A DNA stretch of 62,737 nucleotides, counting the filler. It is 9 parts of 9 records of this genome, joined end to end, with 100 filler letters (N's around TTAATTAATTAA, not from the genome) between each part and the next. Parts side by side here need not be neighbours in the genome. Positions count along the whole stretch, not along the records: positions 12,034 to 24,094 come from SRR20825010_383; positions 24,195 to 28,297 come from SRR20825010_384; positions 28,398 to 34,758 come from SRR20825010_390; 6 more parts are not named here. One strand, given 5' to 3'. The notes below the pieces were generated by a model. It ran no database searches, was not told where the DNA came from, and saw only the letters and a program-made list of their open reading frames with translations. Every line of letters starts with the position of its first letter. The first letter of the stretch is position 1. This document shows, piece after piece, positions 20,085-29,144 of this stretch. The position numbers were made by a program, and so were the translations under genes.

Positions 20085-20645
20085 ATGATTGAAGGAACGG
20101 TTAACCTGCCACACGGCATCACCGCCCGTCCGGCCGGTAAGGCTGACAAGGATTTCCTGGCAAAAATGTACCGGGACAACCGCGACGACCTGCGCATGGC
20201 CAATGCTGAAAAGGACTATATTGAGACCGTGATCGAGATGCAGCTTGAAGCCCAGCAGGGTGGCTATGGCGCACAGTTCCCCAACGCGATTTATCTGGTG
20301 CTGGAGAAGAACGGTTCACGCATCGGTCGGCTCACGCTCGATGTCCAGCCGGTGGAGATGCGGCTTGTCGATCTCGACTTTATCAAGAAGGCACAGGGTA
20401 AGGGGTTTGGTTCCTCGATCCTCTTGTGGCTGATGAAAGCGGCGGCAACCACAAAGAAGCCGCTGTTGGTGCCCAACCGCCGCGATGATTTCGCCATGGG
20501 TAAATTCCTAAAAAAATATGGCTTTGTTGAGGATCAGTCCATGTCGGATGAAGTTTTTGCCCGCATGAGCTGGTTCCCGACCGCAGACGAGATGCATGGC
20601 CTCAAGGATATCGCCCCCCGGTCTGCCGTGCAGGGAACGGTCTGA
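20085..20645 (+). CDS. GNAT family N-acetyltransferase of the tail-collar cluster
   Basis: RPA...D.DFL..MY, MQLEAQQGGY..QFP.A, IGRL, acetyl-CoA motif QGKGFGS, LKKYGF; GGAGG RBS. Confidence 0.85.
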   Translation: MIEGTVNLPHGITARPAGKADKDFLAKMYRDNRDDLRMANAEKDYIETVIEMQLEAQQGGYGAQFPNAIYLVLEKNGSRIGRLTLDVQPVEMRLVDLDFIKKAQGKGFGSSILLWLMKAAATTKKPLLVPNRRDDFAMGKFLKKYGFVEDQSMSDEVFARMSWFPTADEMHGLKDIAPRSAVQGTV

Positions 20646-20788
20646 CCCTCAGGCCAGCGCGCCCGCCCCGTTAATAGCTCCAAGGCTTTTCATCTTTGCG
20701 AATAGCAGATATAGCTGAGCCGTTATAAAAGCAGGCCGCACCATGAGTGCGGCCCGGCGGTAGGGGAACATGGTAGGGGAACATCACG

Positions 20789-22174
20789 ATGGGGCATTCG
20801 GCTGAAACCGAGGTAGCTGCGGGCGCGGATAAAACACCGGACAGGTCGCTTTCTGCGATTTGCAGGTTTTTGATCCCCTCCCTTTTTGGCATGGCGCTGT
20901 TTCTGATGCCTGTCAGGGTAGACGGCAATGTCACCGTTATTTTTGGCCTTTATACCAGCTGGATGCAGTCTTTCTTCGGCGAAGCCCTGCTTGCGGGTGT
21001 GGTCGCGATTACGGTGATTTCCGCGCTTCTCGGCAGCTATTACATGCTCATGAAGCCTGACTGGAAAGAAAAGCGGCCCTATCTTTATGCGGCGGCCACC
21101 TGCACATGGGCGTGGCTTTTCCTTCGCCTCGTGGGCGCAGCCATCGGCATCATGGTGCTTTTTGAAGTGGGGCCAGAGATTGTCCGGCTCAGCGACACGG
21201 GCATCGCGCTTTTCAACGAAGTGGGCGTTGTGTTTGCGATTGTGATGCTGCCCGCGTGTTATGTCATGCCGCTGCTCACAGATTTTGGCGCGATGGAGTT
21301 TTTCGGCACCTTTGTGGCACCGGCCTTTCGCCGGTTTTTCCGCCTGCCGGGCCGGTCTGCGGTGGATGCGATGGCGTCTTTTGTCTCCGCCAACAATGTG
21401 GGTGTGCTGGTAACGGCCCAGCAGTATAGCCGTAATAAATACACCGCCCGCGAAGCGGTAACGATCGCGACCAATTTCTCGGTCGTTTCCTTGCCGTTCG
21501 CGCTGGTGATCGCAGAGGTTAGCGGCATTGGTGGCGAGTTTTTCGCCTGGTATCTCACGGCGATCGTGGCCTGCGTCGTATGCGCGGTTATCACAAGCCG
21601 TCTGCCACCGCTCAGCCGCCTGCCGGATGTGCATCTGGACGGCACCGCCCCCTTTAGGCGCCCGCAAAGCGACGTGCCGATTTTTCTGCGCAGCATTGAT
21701 AACGCGCTGGAAGCCGCCGCAAACGTACCACCCGTTCGCACGCAGGCCGCTACGGCCACTCGTATGGTGGTGGAGCAGCTTTTTGGTGTGCTTGGCCCGG
21801 TGATGGGGCTCGCGACCCTTACGGCCATCATCGCCTTCCATTCACCCCTCGCTGACTGGATCAGCATGCCCATCGCCTTCGGGCTTGAAATGCTGGATAT
21901 CGAGCAGCCGTCCCGCGTGGCGGCAGGCATCATCTTTGGCTATCTGGACCAGTTTATCCCTGCGATCATTGCGGGCGATATCACAAGCCAGCCGGTGAAG
22001 TTCCTGCTTGCCGGGCTGTCACTTTGCCAGCTTGTGTTCATGACCGAAACGGGCCTCGTGATCCTGCGTTCCGGCCTGCCGGTTACCGTGCTTCAGCTCA
22101 CGCAGGTGTTTATCCTGCGCACCATTATCGTCGTTCCGGTGCTTACCATCGGGGCTATGCTGGTTTACGGATAG
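20789..22174 (+). CDS. YjiH family membrane transporter (nucleoside recognition gate domains)
   Basis: FLIPSLFG, PLLTDFGAMEFFG, FRLPGRSAVDAMASF, YTAREAVTIATNFSVVS, GYLDQFIPA; many hydrophobic segments. Confidence 0.88.
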   Translation: MGHSAETEVAAGADKTPDRSLSAICRFLIPSLFGMALFLMPVRVDGNVTVIFGLYTSWMQSFFGEALLAGVVAITVISALLGSYYMLMKPDWKEKRPYLYAAATCTWAWLFLRLVGAAIGIMVLFEVGPEIVRLSDTGIALFNEVGVVFAIVMLPACYVMPLLTDFGAMEFFGTFVAPAFRRFFRLPGRSAVDAMASFVSANNVGVLVTAQQYSRNKYTAREAVTIATNFSVVSLPFALVIAEVSGIGGEFFAWYLTAIVACVVCAVITSRLPPLSRLPDVHLDGTAPFRRPQSDVPIFLRSIDNALEAAANVPPVRTQAATATRMVVEQLFGVLGPVMGLATLTAIIAFHSPLADWISMPIAFGLEMLDIEQPSRVAAGIIFGYLDQFIPAIIAGDITSQPVKFLLAGLSLCQLVFMTETGLVILRSGLPVTVLQLTQVFILRTIIVVPVLTIGAMLVYG

Positions 22175-22189
22175 GGAATAAGGGCAGAA

Positions 22190-23374
22190 CTAGCGTGTGA
22201 TCAAGGCTTCAAGGGCTGGTATGTCCACATGCCAGCCGTCTGCCCGTTGTTCAGCCTGTATGAAGCCCACACGTTTGGCTGTAGCCTCCTGAATGGAGGG
22301 GTGCAGCATATTGAAGCGCTGTTCAGTCTGGATCACCACAAGGTTGCTGGGGGCCATCGCAAGGTTATGCAGGGCCGAGGAATCGAGCCCAATGGCAAGC
22401 TCGGTATGCCTCAGCCGCATCAACAGGGCGGATAGCGATATCTTGAGCGGGTTCACCACCTCCCCCCCAAGTTTTTGCACAAGGGTGCGGAGCGCGTCTG
22501 CATTCGCAAGCTCGCGGCCCGTGCGGGATGTCATGGCCGTATGCTCTATCAGCATGATGGGGACACGAGGCGCCACTTTCCCGCGGGGCGGGGTACGGCC
22601 CCATTCGCGGCTGATGCTGCTGAGGCGCCCGAAAATACGGCAGGCAAAACCCACCGGCACCACACCGCCCTCATGCTGGGAAAGCGTTGTGGGCAAAATC
22701 AGGTGGTTAACATCAAGCACCGTGGTTTTCTCAAGCGGGAGGATCTTTTCAATGGGCACCCCGTAAGCTGCAAGGAACGGGAGCATCCACGGCGCCGGTG
22801 TGGGCAATAAAAAGGCATCAATGGCGGCCATGTCTTCCGTGGCAACAAGCAGCTCCAGCCGTGCGGCCACATCCACGATCCAGTGGCCATAGGTATGCAC
22901 ACCGGGGAAGGCCAGAAGCGCCGCGCGGCCCTTGATGGTGCGTCGCTCCAGCCGGTCATCATCAAGCCGGTAAGCCCCGTCTTTCAGCGCTGCCAGATAC
23001 CCGTTTTTCGCCATATAGCTGAGGTGGTTTTCCTCCCAGCCAAAACCGTGCAGGCTGGAAAGCGCGATCTGCTCCCCCGCCACCGTTTGGTTTGAAAGCA
23101 CCAGCCCCCAGTCGTCATGCACAAGCGCGTCGCGCATTTCCAGCACACCAAGCCTTGTCGTGCCAGACGACTGAAAGCGAAAATACCGTTCAAGCCACTT
23201 TTGGGTTACGTCATTATGGAAAAGCGCAAGGCTGTCGCGGGTGCGCACGGCCACATCCTGCGGCGCCTCAAACCCGCGCTCATAGGGGCGATACCGCGCG
23301 CCAATGCCCGCGCACAGCACGTCGAATTCCGCGCTTGGTGCCGCTTTGATGGGGCGAAAGCGCAGCTCTGTCAT
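22190..23374 (-). CDS. Glycosyltransferase family 61 (DUF563) protein
   Basis: TYGHWIVDVAARL, RELAN, IGLDSSALHNL (variant of the HGAGL.N motif). Confidence 0.7.
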   Translation of the reverse strand: MTELRFRPIKAAPSAEFDVLCAGIGARYRPYERGFEAPQDVAVRTRDSLALFHNDVTQKWLERYFRFQSSGTTRLGVLEMRDALVHDDWGLVLSNQTVAGEQIALSSLHGFGWEENHLSYMAKNGYLAALKDGAYRLDDDRLERRTIKGRAALLAFPGVHTYGHWIVDVAARLELLVATEDMAAIDAFLLPTPAPWMLPFLAAYGVPIEKILPLEKTTVLDVNHLILPTTLSQHEGGVVPVGFACRIFGRLSSISREWGRTPPRGKVAPRVPIMLIEHTAMTSRTGRELANADALRTLVQKLGGEVVNPLKISLSALLMRLRHTELAIGLDSSALHNLAMAPSNLVVIQTEQRFNMLHPSIQEATAKRVGFIQAEQRADGWHVDIPALEALITR

Positions 23375-23480
23375 GGCGTCAGGCCTTTATGAGCGAAAGA
23401 AAACATGGTCTTTCATAGCGCTGCGGGCATAAGGCCCGCAACAGAAAAGGCCATGGCAGGGCTGTGGCTTACTTGTGGCC

Positions 23481-24094
23481 TTACTTGAACGGGGGTTCTG
23501 CGTCCCAGTCAAAGCCTGGCACCGGGCCGTTTGAGACCAGATCCTTAAACGCGGGTGCGCGTTTTTCAAGGAAGCTTTGCACACCCTCCCGCCCGTCATG
23601 CATGGAGGTATGCAGCATGGTGCGGCTCTCTGCTCTGTGCGCTTCCATCGGGTGGCTCGCCCCCATCATGCGCCAGATAAGCTGCCGGTTAAGCGCCACC
23701 GACATGGGGCTGGTGTTTGCCGTGTAGCTTGCGGCAATTTCAAGCGCGCGGCTCATCAAATTGTCTGGCTCAACTATTTCGCTTATCAATCCGCCCTTCA
23801 GCGCCTCTTCCGCTTTGAACACCCGGCCCGAAAGGGACCAATCCAGCGCCTGCGCAACCCCCACAAGGCGCGGCAAAAACCAGCTGGCACAACTTTCAAG
23901 CGTGATGCCGCGCTCAGCGAACACAAAGCCAAATTTGGCGTAAGGGGAGGCAATGCGCACATCCATCGGCAGTTGCATGGTGGTGCCCACACCAACGCTG
24001 GCACCGTTAATGGCGCCAATCACCGGTTTCTTGAGCCGGAAAAGCCTCAGCACAACACGCCCACCGGTGTCGCGGTTGCGCTCCATCTCCGGTG
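23481..24094 (-). CDS. Enoyl-CoA hydratase/crotonase family protein, C-terminal part
   Basis: KPVIGAINGASVGVG, KFGFVFAERGI..E..ASWFLPRLVG, EGVQSFLEKRAP.F. Confidence 0.92.
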
Positions 24095-24194
24095 NNNNNN
24101 NNNNNNNNNNNNNNNNNNNNNNNNNNNNNNNNNNNNNNTTAATTAATTAANNNNNNNNNNNNNNNNNNNNNNNNNNNNNNNNNNNNNNNNNNNN
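24095..24194. other. Artificial contig spacer
   Basis: N44-TTAATTAATTAA-N44. Confidence 0.99.
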
Positions 24195-24499
24195 TCATCG
24201 CGCAGCGGATAAGGGATCCGGACCTCGACCGCGCCGAGATCGCCGCGGCGCTGTCGATCTCGGTCCGGCGCTTGAGCGAGGTGTTCCAGGCCGAAGGAAC
24301 GTCGGTCGCAGCCAAGATCCGCGATCAGCGGCTTTCCGGAGTGGCCTCCGATCTGCGCAATCCGCAACTTGCCGGACTGACCGTCAGCGCGATTGCCATG
24401 CGCTGGGGCCTGAACAACCTGCAGCATTTTTCCCGCATCTTTAGGGAGCGCTTCGGCATGTCTCCGCGGGACTACCGCGCAGCGATGCGCGCCGACTGA
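24195..24499 (+). CDS. AraC family regulator, C-terminal HTH domain (5' truncated)
   Basis: DPDLDRAEIAAALSISVRRLSEVF...TVSAIAMRWGLNNLQHFSRIFRERFGMSPRDYR. Confidence 0.9.
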
Positions 24500-24532
24500 C
24501 GGTCGAGAACCGCGACAGGCATCGAAAGCCCG

Positions 24533-25825
24533 TCAGATCTTCTCCAGTCCGCACCAGCTGGCGATGAAAAGTGCGGTCGCCTGCGTCACCCGGCGGACCG
24601 ACTCGAGATCGACCCGCTCGTTGAAGCCGTGGATGGCCTCGGCCTTCGGGCCGTAGACCAGCGCCGGAATCCCGGCATAGAGCCCGAAGAACCGCGCGTC
24701 GGTGGTGGCCGTAATCGCGAGCTTGTCGAGTTTGGCGCCGGTGACTGCGCGGTGCGCGCTCTCAAGTGCGGTGATCGCCCGGCCGGCGTCCTCGGATCCG
24801 TCTTCCGACAGCGCGTAGCCTTCGGCGTGGAAGCCGTGATAGACGATCTCCGGCGCGTTCTTGGCAAGGAAGGGGTGGGATTTGGCGGCGTCAGCCAGCA
24901 CCGCCTCGATCTCGCGCTTGGCCTCGTCGAGCTTCTGGCCCGGAAACAGCCCCATGCGCACATCGAACACGCACCAGGCCGGCACCGAACTGGTCCAGTC
25001 GCCGCCCTGGATCTTGCCGATATTGAGATTGAGCGCGTGGTTGTGCCCGGCATAGGCGCCGTGACGGCGGCCGGGCTCGTTCCAGCGGTGCTCCATCTCG
25101 TGCAGCGCGGCAATCAGCGGAATCGCCGCCTCGATGGCGTTCGAGCCGCTGCCGGCATAGGCGACATGCACCGGGATGCCCTTGAGATGCACCTGGAACC
25201 ACAACACGCCGAGTTGCGCGGTGACCAGCTTCTCCTCGAACGGCTCGGGGATCAGCGCCGCATCGGCCTTGTATCCGCGCTGCAGGCAGGCGAGCGCGCC
25301 GTTGCCGGTGCATTCCTCCTCGACCACCGACTGGATGAACACGTCGCCCGCCGGCGCGAAGCCCAAGTGTCTGAGCGCGTCGAGCGCGAACAGGTTCGAG
25401 GCAAGCCCCGCCTTCATGTCGCCGGCGCCGCGGCCATACATGAAGCCATCCTCGATGCGCGGTTCGTAGGGTGGCGTGTCCCACATGTCGAGCGGGCCTT
25501 CCGGCACGACGTCGACATGGCCGTTGAGGATCAGGCTCTTGCCGTTGCCGCCCCGGGTCCGGTGGGTGCCGACCACGTTGACCGCATCCTCGTAATTGCC
25601 GATCACCGGCGAAAACCCCGGCAGATGGGAAATGTCGGCGACATCGATGGTCCAGCGGTCGACCTCGTAGCCGCGTTCCGCCAGCTCGCGCGCCATGAAA
25701 TCCTGCGCCGACTGCTCATTGCCGCGGGTTGACGGGTGCGAGGTGAGTTCCGCCAGAAACGCGACCTCGCGGTCGAACACCGCGTCAACGGCCTTGAGGA
25801 TGTCTGTCTGGTTGTCAGGCGTCAT
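24533..25825 (-). CDS. M20 family ArgE/DapE-like deacylase
   Basis: SLILNGHVDVVP, GRGAGDMKAG, VVEEECTGNG, IHGFNE metal-ligand motifs. Confidence 0.9.
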   Translation of the reverse strand: MTPDNQTDILKAVDAVFDREVAFLAELTSHPSTRGNEQSAQDFMARELAERGYEVDRWTIDVADISHLPGFSPVIGNYEDAVNVVGTHRTRGGNGKSLILNGHVDVVPEGPLDMWDTPPYEPRIEDGFMYGRGAGDMKAGLASNLFALDALRHLGFAPAGDVFIQSVVEEECTGNGALACLQRGYKADAALIPEPFEEKLVTAQLGVLWFQVHLKGIPVHVAYAGSGSNAIEAAIPLIAALHEMEHRWNEPGRRHGAYAGHNHALNLNIGKIQGGDWTSSVPAWCVFDVRMGLFPGQKLDEAKREIEAVLADAAKSHPFLAKNAPEIVYHGFHAEGYALSEDGSEDAGRAITALESAHRAVTGAKLDKLAITATTDARFFGLYAGIPALVYGPKAEAIHGFNERVDLESVRRVTQATALFIASWCGLEKI

Positions 25826-25840
25826 GGTTCCGTCCGTTTC

Positions 25841-26494
25841 TTAGAATGTCGGCATCGGCCCGGCAGCGACGATCAGGGGCGCCCCGGTGGCGTCGCGCAC
25901 CTCGGCGAGCGTAACGCCTTCGGCGATCTCGACCAGATGCAGCCCGTCGGGATGCACGTCGCAGACCGCCATGTCGGTGTAGATCCGGTGAACGCAGCCC
26001 ACGGCCGTCAGCGGCAGGGTGCAGCGCTCGAGGATCTTCGGATTGCCGTGCTTGTCGGTGTGGGTGGTCAGAACCCCGACCCGGCGCGCCTTCTGCGCCA
26101 GCTCGATGGCGCCGCCGACGCCCGCGGCGAACTTGCCGGGGATGATCCAGTTGGCGAGATCGCCATTGGCCGCCACTTCGAAGGCGCCGAGAAGCGTGAG
26201 ATCGAGGCGCCCTCCCCTGACAAGCGCGAACGACACCGCGCTGTCGAAGAACGATCCGCCAGGCGCACAGGTGATGTAGCCGCCGCCGGCATCGATCAGG
26301 TTGCGGTTGGCCTGGCCGGGAGCTGCCAGCCCGCCGACCCCGGCGATGCCGTTTTCCGAATGCAGGCACACCGGGCAATCGGCGGCGACGAAGTTCATCA
26401 CCTGCGTCGGCAGCCCGATGCCGAGATTGACGGTCATGCCGGGCGTGATGTCGCGCGCCGCGCGGGCGAGCATTCTATCTTTTGACGACACCAT
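25841..26494 (-). CDS. 3-oxoacid CoA-transferase subunit B
   Basis: VNLGIGLPT, catalytic SENG, GDLANW, GVGGAIELA, CTLPLT; start could be GTG 26491. Confidence 0.92.
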   Translation of the reverse strand: MVSSKDRMLARAARDITPGMTVNLGIGLPTQVMNFVAADCPVCLHSENGIAGVGGLAAPGQANRNLIDAGGGYITCAPGGSFFDSAVSFALVRGGRLDLTLLGAFEVAANGDLANWIIPGKFAAGVGGAIELAQKARRVGVLTTHTDKHGNPKILERCTLPLTAVGCVHRIYTDMAVCDVHPDGLHLVEIAEGVTLAEVRDATGAPLIVAAGPMPTF

Positions 26495-27167
26495 AGACCT
26501 CCGGAAGTTCGGCAAGCGCCACCAGGTGGTCGACAAAGGGCGCCGGCGTGTGCACCGCATCCGGACCGATTTCGCCGACGGGGACGATGGTCTCGGCCTC
26601 GGCGATGGTGCACTCGGCCGCCATCGCCATCAGCGGATTGAAATTGCGCGCGGTTGCTTCGTAGACGAGGTTGCCGCCCGCATCAGCGCGGGCCGCATGC
26701 ACCAGCGCGAAATCGGCCTCGATCGCCGGTTCGAACAGATAGGTCGCCCCGTCGATCTCGAGCCTCTGCTTGCCCTCTGCCAGCAGGGTGCCCATGCCGA
26801 TGTCGGAGACAAAGCCCTTCAGGCCCGCACCGGCAATGCGGATACGTTCGGCGAGAATGCCCTGGGCGACGAATTCCACCTCGATCTCGCCTGCGTTCAT
26901 CATCCTGATGGCGTTGCCGTTCAGTCCGACATGGCTGGTGATAAGCCGCTTGACCATGCCGGCGCTGAGCAGCCAGTCAACGCCCATGCCGGCCTCGTTG
27001 GCGTCGTTCTTGATGATGGTGAGGCCTTTCGGCCCGTGCCGGACCAGTTCCTCGATCAGGCAGAACGGGGTACCCGGCACGCCGAAGCCGCCGATCATGA
27101 CGCGTGCGCCGTCACCGATCTGGGCGATGGCCTCTGCCATGCTCGTCGATTTGTCGAGTGCGGGCAT
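26475..27167 (-). CDS. 3-oxoacid CoA-transferase subunit A
   Basis: IGDGARVMIGGFG, QGILAERIR, GNLVYEATARNFNPLMAMAA, VHTP. Confidence 0.92.
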   Translation of the reverse strand: MPALDKSTSMAEAIAQIGDGARVMIGGFGVPGTPFCLIEELVRHGPKGLTIIKNDANEAGMGVDWLLSAGMVKRLITSHVGLNGNAIRMMNAGEIEVEFVAQGILAERIRIAGAGLKGFVSDIGMGTLLAEGKQRLEIDGATYLFEPAIEADFALVHAARADAGGNLVYEATARNFNPLMAMAAECTIAEAETIVPVGEIGPDAVHTPAPFVDHLVALAELPEVYGVVKR

Positions 27168-28297
27168 TACAGGTTCACCGGCAGGTTCATCTCGGCTGCC
27201 ATAGCATCAAGGCACTCGATCAGCGTGGCGATGATCTCGCCGACCTGCTCGGCAGTGATGATCAGCGGCGGACAGACCAGGAAATGGTCGCCCTCGTGCC
27301 CGCCGCGGGTCCGCCGCGAATAGATGATCAGGCCACGCTCGTAAGCGAGATCGACCAGCCGATTGTAGGCATTGAGCCCCTTGGGCAGCGGCGTCATGGT
27401 TTCGCGGTCGGAGACAAGCTCGAACGCCAGCAGCAGCCCCTTGCCGCGCACGTCGCCGATGAACGGGTAGCGGTCCATCAGCTTGGTGAGTTCCGCCTTG
27501 AGCAGATTGCCCATGTCACGGGCATTGTCGACCAGCCTGAGCCGGTCCATTTCCTCAAGCACCGCGCAACCGGCGGCGCAGGCGAGCGGGTTGCCGGCAT
27601 AGGTGAAGCCATGCATGAAGCCGCCGGCGTCGAGCACCTTGTCGACAATCGCGTTCTGCGCCACCATCGCGCCGAGCGGCGCGTAGCCCGCGGCAAAGCC
27701 CTTCGACAGCGCGACGATATCGGGGATCACGCCCCAGTGCTCGGACGCCACGAACTTGCCGGTGCGGCCTGCCCCGGTCATGACCTCGTCGTAGATCAGG
27801 AGGATGCCGAACTCGTCGCAGATCTCGCGGATGCGGCCGTAATAGCTGTCGGGCGCCACCAGCGCGCCTGTGGATGCGCCGCCGACCGGCTCCATGATGA
27901 AGGCGAGAACGGTTTCAGGCCCCTGGGCGATGATCTCGTCGCGCAGCATGTCGGCGTATTTCAGGCCCCGGTCCGCGTCGGAAAGGTTGTCGCGGTCGAG
28001 ATAGCACAGCGGTGCCCCGATCTTCGGCATCGGCCTGAACATCGGCTCGAACGGCTTGGTCAGCGGGTCGTAGCCGGTCAGCGCCACCGCGCCCAGCGTG
28101 CCGCCGTGATAGGAGGGAAAGCGCGAGATCACCTTCCATCGGCTGGCTTGCCCGATCGCCAGCGCATATTGCCGCGCCAGCTTGATGGTGCTTTCCACCG
28201 CTTCCGAGCCGCCCGAGACGAAGAACACCCGGTCAAGCTCCTCGGGCATCCGCGCAGCCGTCATCCGCGCCAGCTTCTCCGCCGCCTCGTTCTGGAA
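27167..28297 (-). CDS. Class III (omega) aminotransferase, 5' truncated
   Basis: SGGSEAVE, SYHGGT, IYDEVMTGAGRTG, PLP lysine in LSKG, HGFTYAGNP, VRGKGLL; TAATG coupling to the next gene. Confidence 0.93.
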   Translation of the reverse strand, partial: FQNEAAEKLARMTAARMPEELDRVFFVSGGSEAVESTIKLARQYALAIGQASRWKVISRFPSYHGGTLGAVALTGYDPLTKPFEPMFRPMPKIGAPLCYLDRDNLSDADRGLKYADMLRDEIIAQGPETVLAFIMEPVGGASTGALVAPDSYYGRIREICDEFGILLIYDEVMTGAGRTGKFVASEHWGVIPDIVALSKGFAAGYAPLGAMVAQNAIVDKVLDAGGFMHGFTYAGNPLACAAGCAVLEEMDRLRLVDNARDMGNLLKAELTKLMDRYPFIGDVRGKGLLLAFELVSDRETMTPLPKGLNAYNRLVDLAYERGLIIYSRRTRGGHEGDHFLVCPPLIITAEQVGEIIATLIECLDAMAAEMNLPVNL

Positions 28298-28397
28298 NNN
28301 NNNNNNNNNNNNNNNNNNNNNNNNNNNNNNNNNNNNNNNNNTTAATTAATTAANNNNNNNNNNNNNNNNNNNNNNNNNNNNNNNNNNNNNNNNNNNN
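28298..28397. other. Artificial contig spacer
   Basis: N44-TTAATTAATTAA-N44. Confidence 0.99.
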
Positions 28398-28453
28398 AGA
28401 GCAGCTGACTCTTAATCAGCGGGTCCACGGTTCGAGCCCGTGCGCGCCCACCA
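28398..28453 (+). tRNA. tRNA-Lys(CTT), 5' truncated
   Basis: End of D arm AGAGCA; anticodon arm GCTGA-CTCTTAA-TCAGC (CTT at 28411-28413); T-loop GGTTCGAGCC; 3' end GCGCCCACCA. Confidence 0.93.
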
Positions 28454-28789
28454 TCTTTTTCCATCTCATACACGGGATTGAAACGTTGTGATTGCAACGG
28501 TCAGGGACGGCAGGAACTGCCGTCGGCGGGGCGCTGCAGCGCCCGGTTGTGTCGCTGCAGAGACAGGCCGGGCGGAACGGTCGACATGAGCGTCCGGCAG
28601 GGTTCACCTGGATGAACAATCAATACGTTATCTCCTTGATATCAAAGCATCTTCTCCGTAGCTGGAGATTCCGCTCCACGACGGTATGCCGCAAGCCTCG
28701 CCTTTGATTCCTCTTGCCTGCCTGCGTGAGCGTGACGGCATGCATTGCCTGCGTGACCGTGTTGTTTTTTCTCGCTTTTCCGGAGCAGT

Positions 28790-29130
28790 TCTTTCCTGCG
28801 GGGTTACATATCTTTTTTGTAATTACAATTATTGAGTGCATATCTATTTATACATTGTAGTAAATATGGACTGCTAAATTTCGCACTTTCGACAAATATA
28901 ATAGCTTATAATCGTACTATTGAGTATCTGAAACTTACTAAATATAAATCTGAATTTTACATATATCGTATAATACTGGTATATATTTAAATTTAAACGC
29001 GCGTAAAGATATTTTAAATCATTATTGCTTTACATTTTAGTTTCAACTTATAGCTAAATCATGTGTCAAAAAGGCAACAAACCGGTTTGTGTTGACCGAG
29101 TACTTAAGGATTCGTAATTTCATGACTCGC
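28790..29130 (+). promoter_or_regulatory. Strongly AT-rich upstream control region of the T1SS operon
   Basis: About 340 nt dominated by A/T (e.g. ATATATTTAAATTTAAA) in an otherwise GC-rich contig; no credible ORF. Confidence 0.55.
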
Positions 29131-29144
29131 GTCAGCCGGGGCAA

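Noticed and set aside
23463-23487. Near-tandem duplication TGTGGC(C)TTACT at the crotonase stop
   Set aside because: Too short and has no coding consequence
28416-28619. Minus-strand ORF ending MVGAHGLEPWTR
   Set aside because: This is the antisense translation of the tRNA-Lys gene
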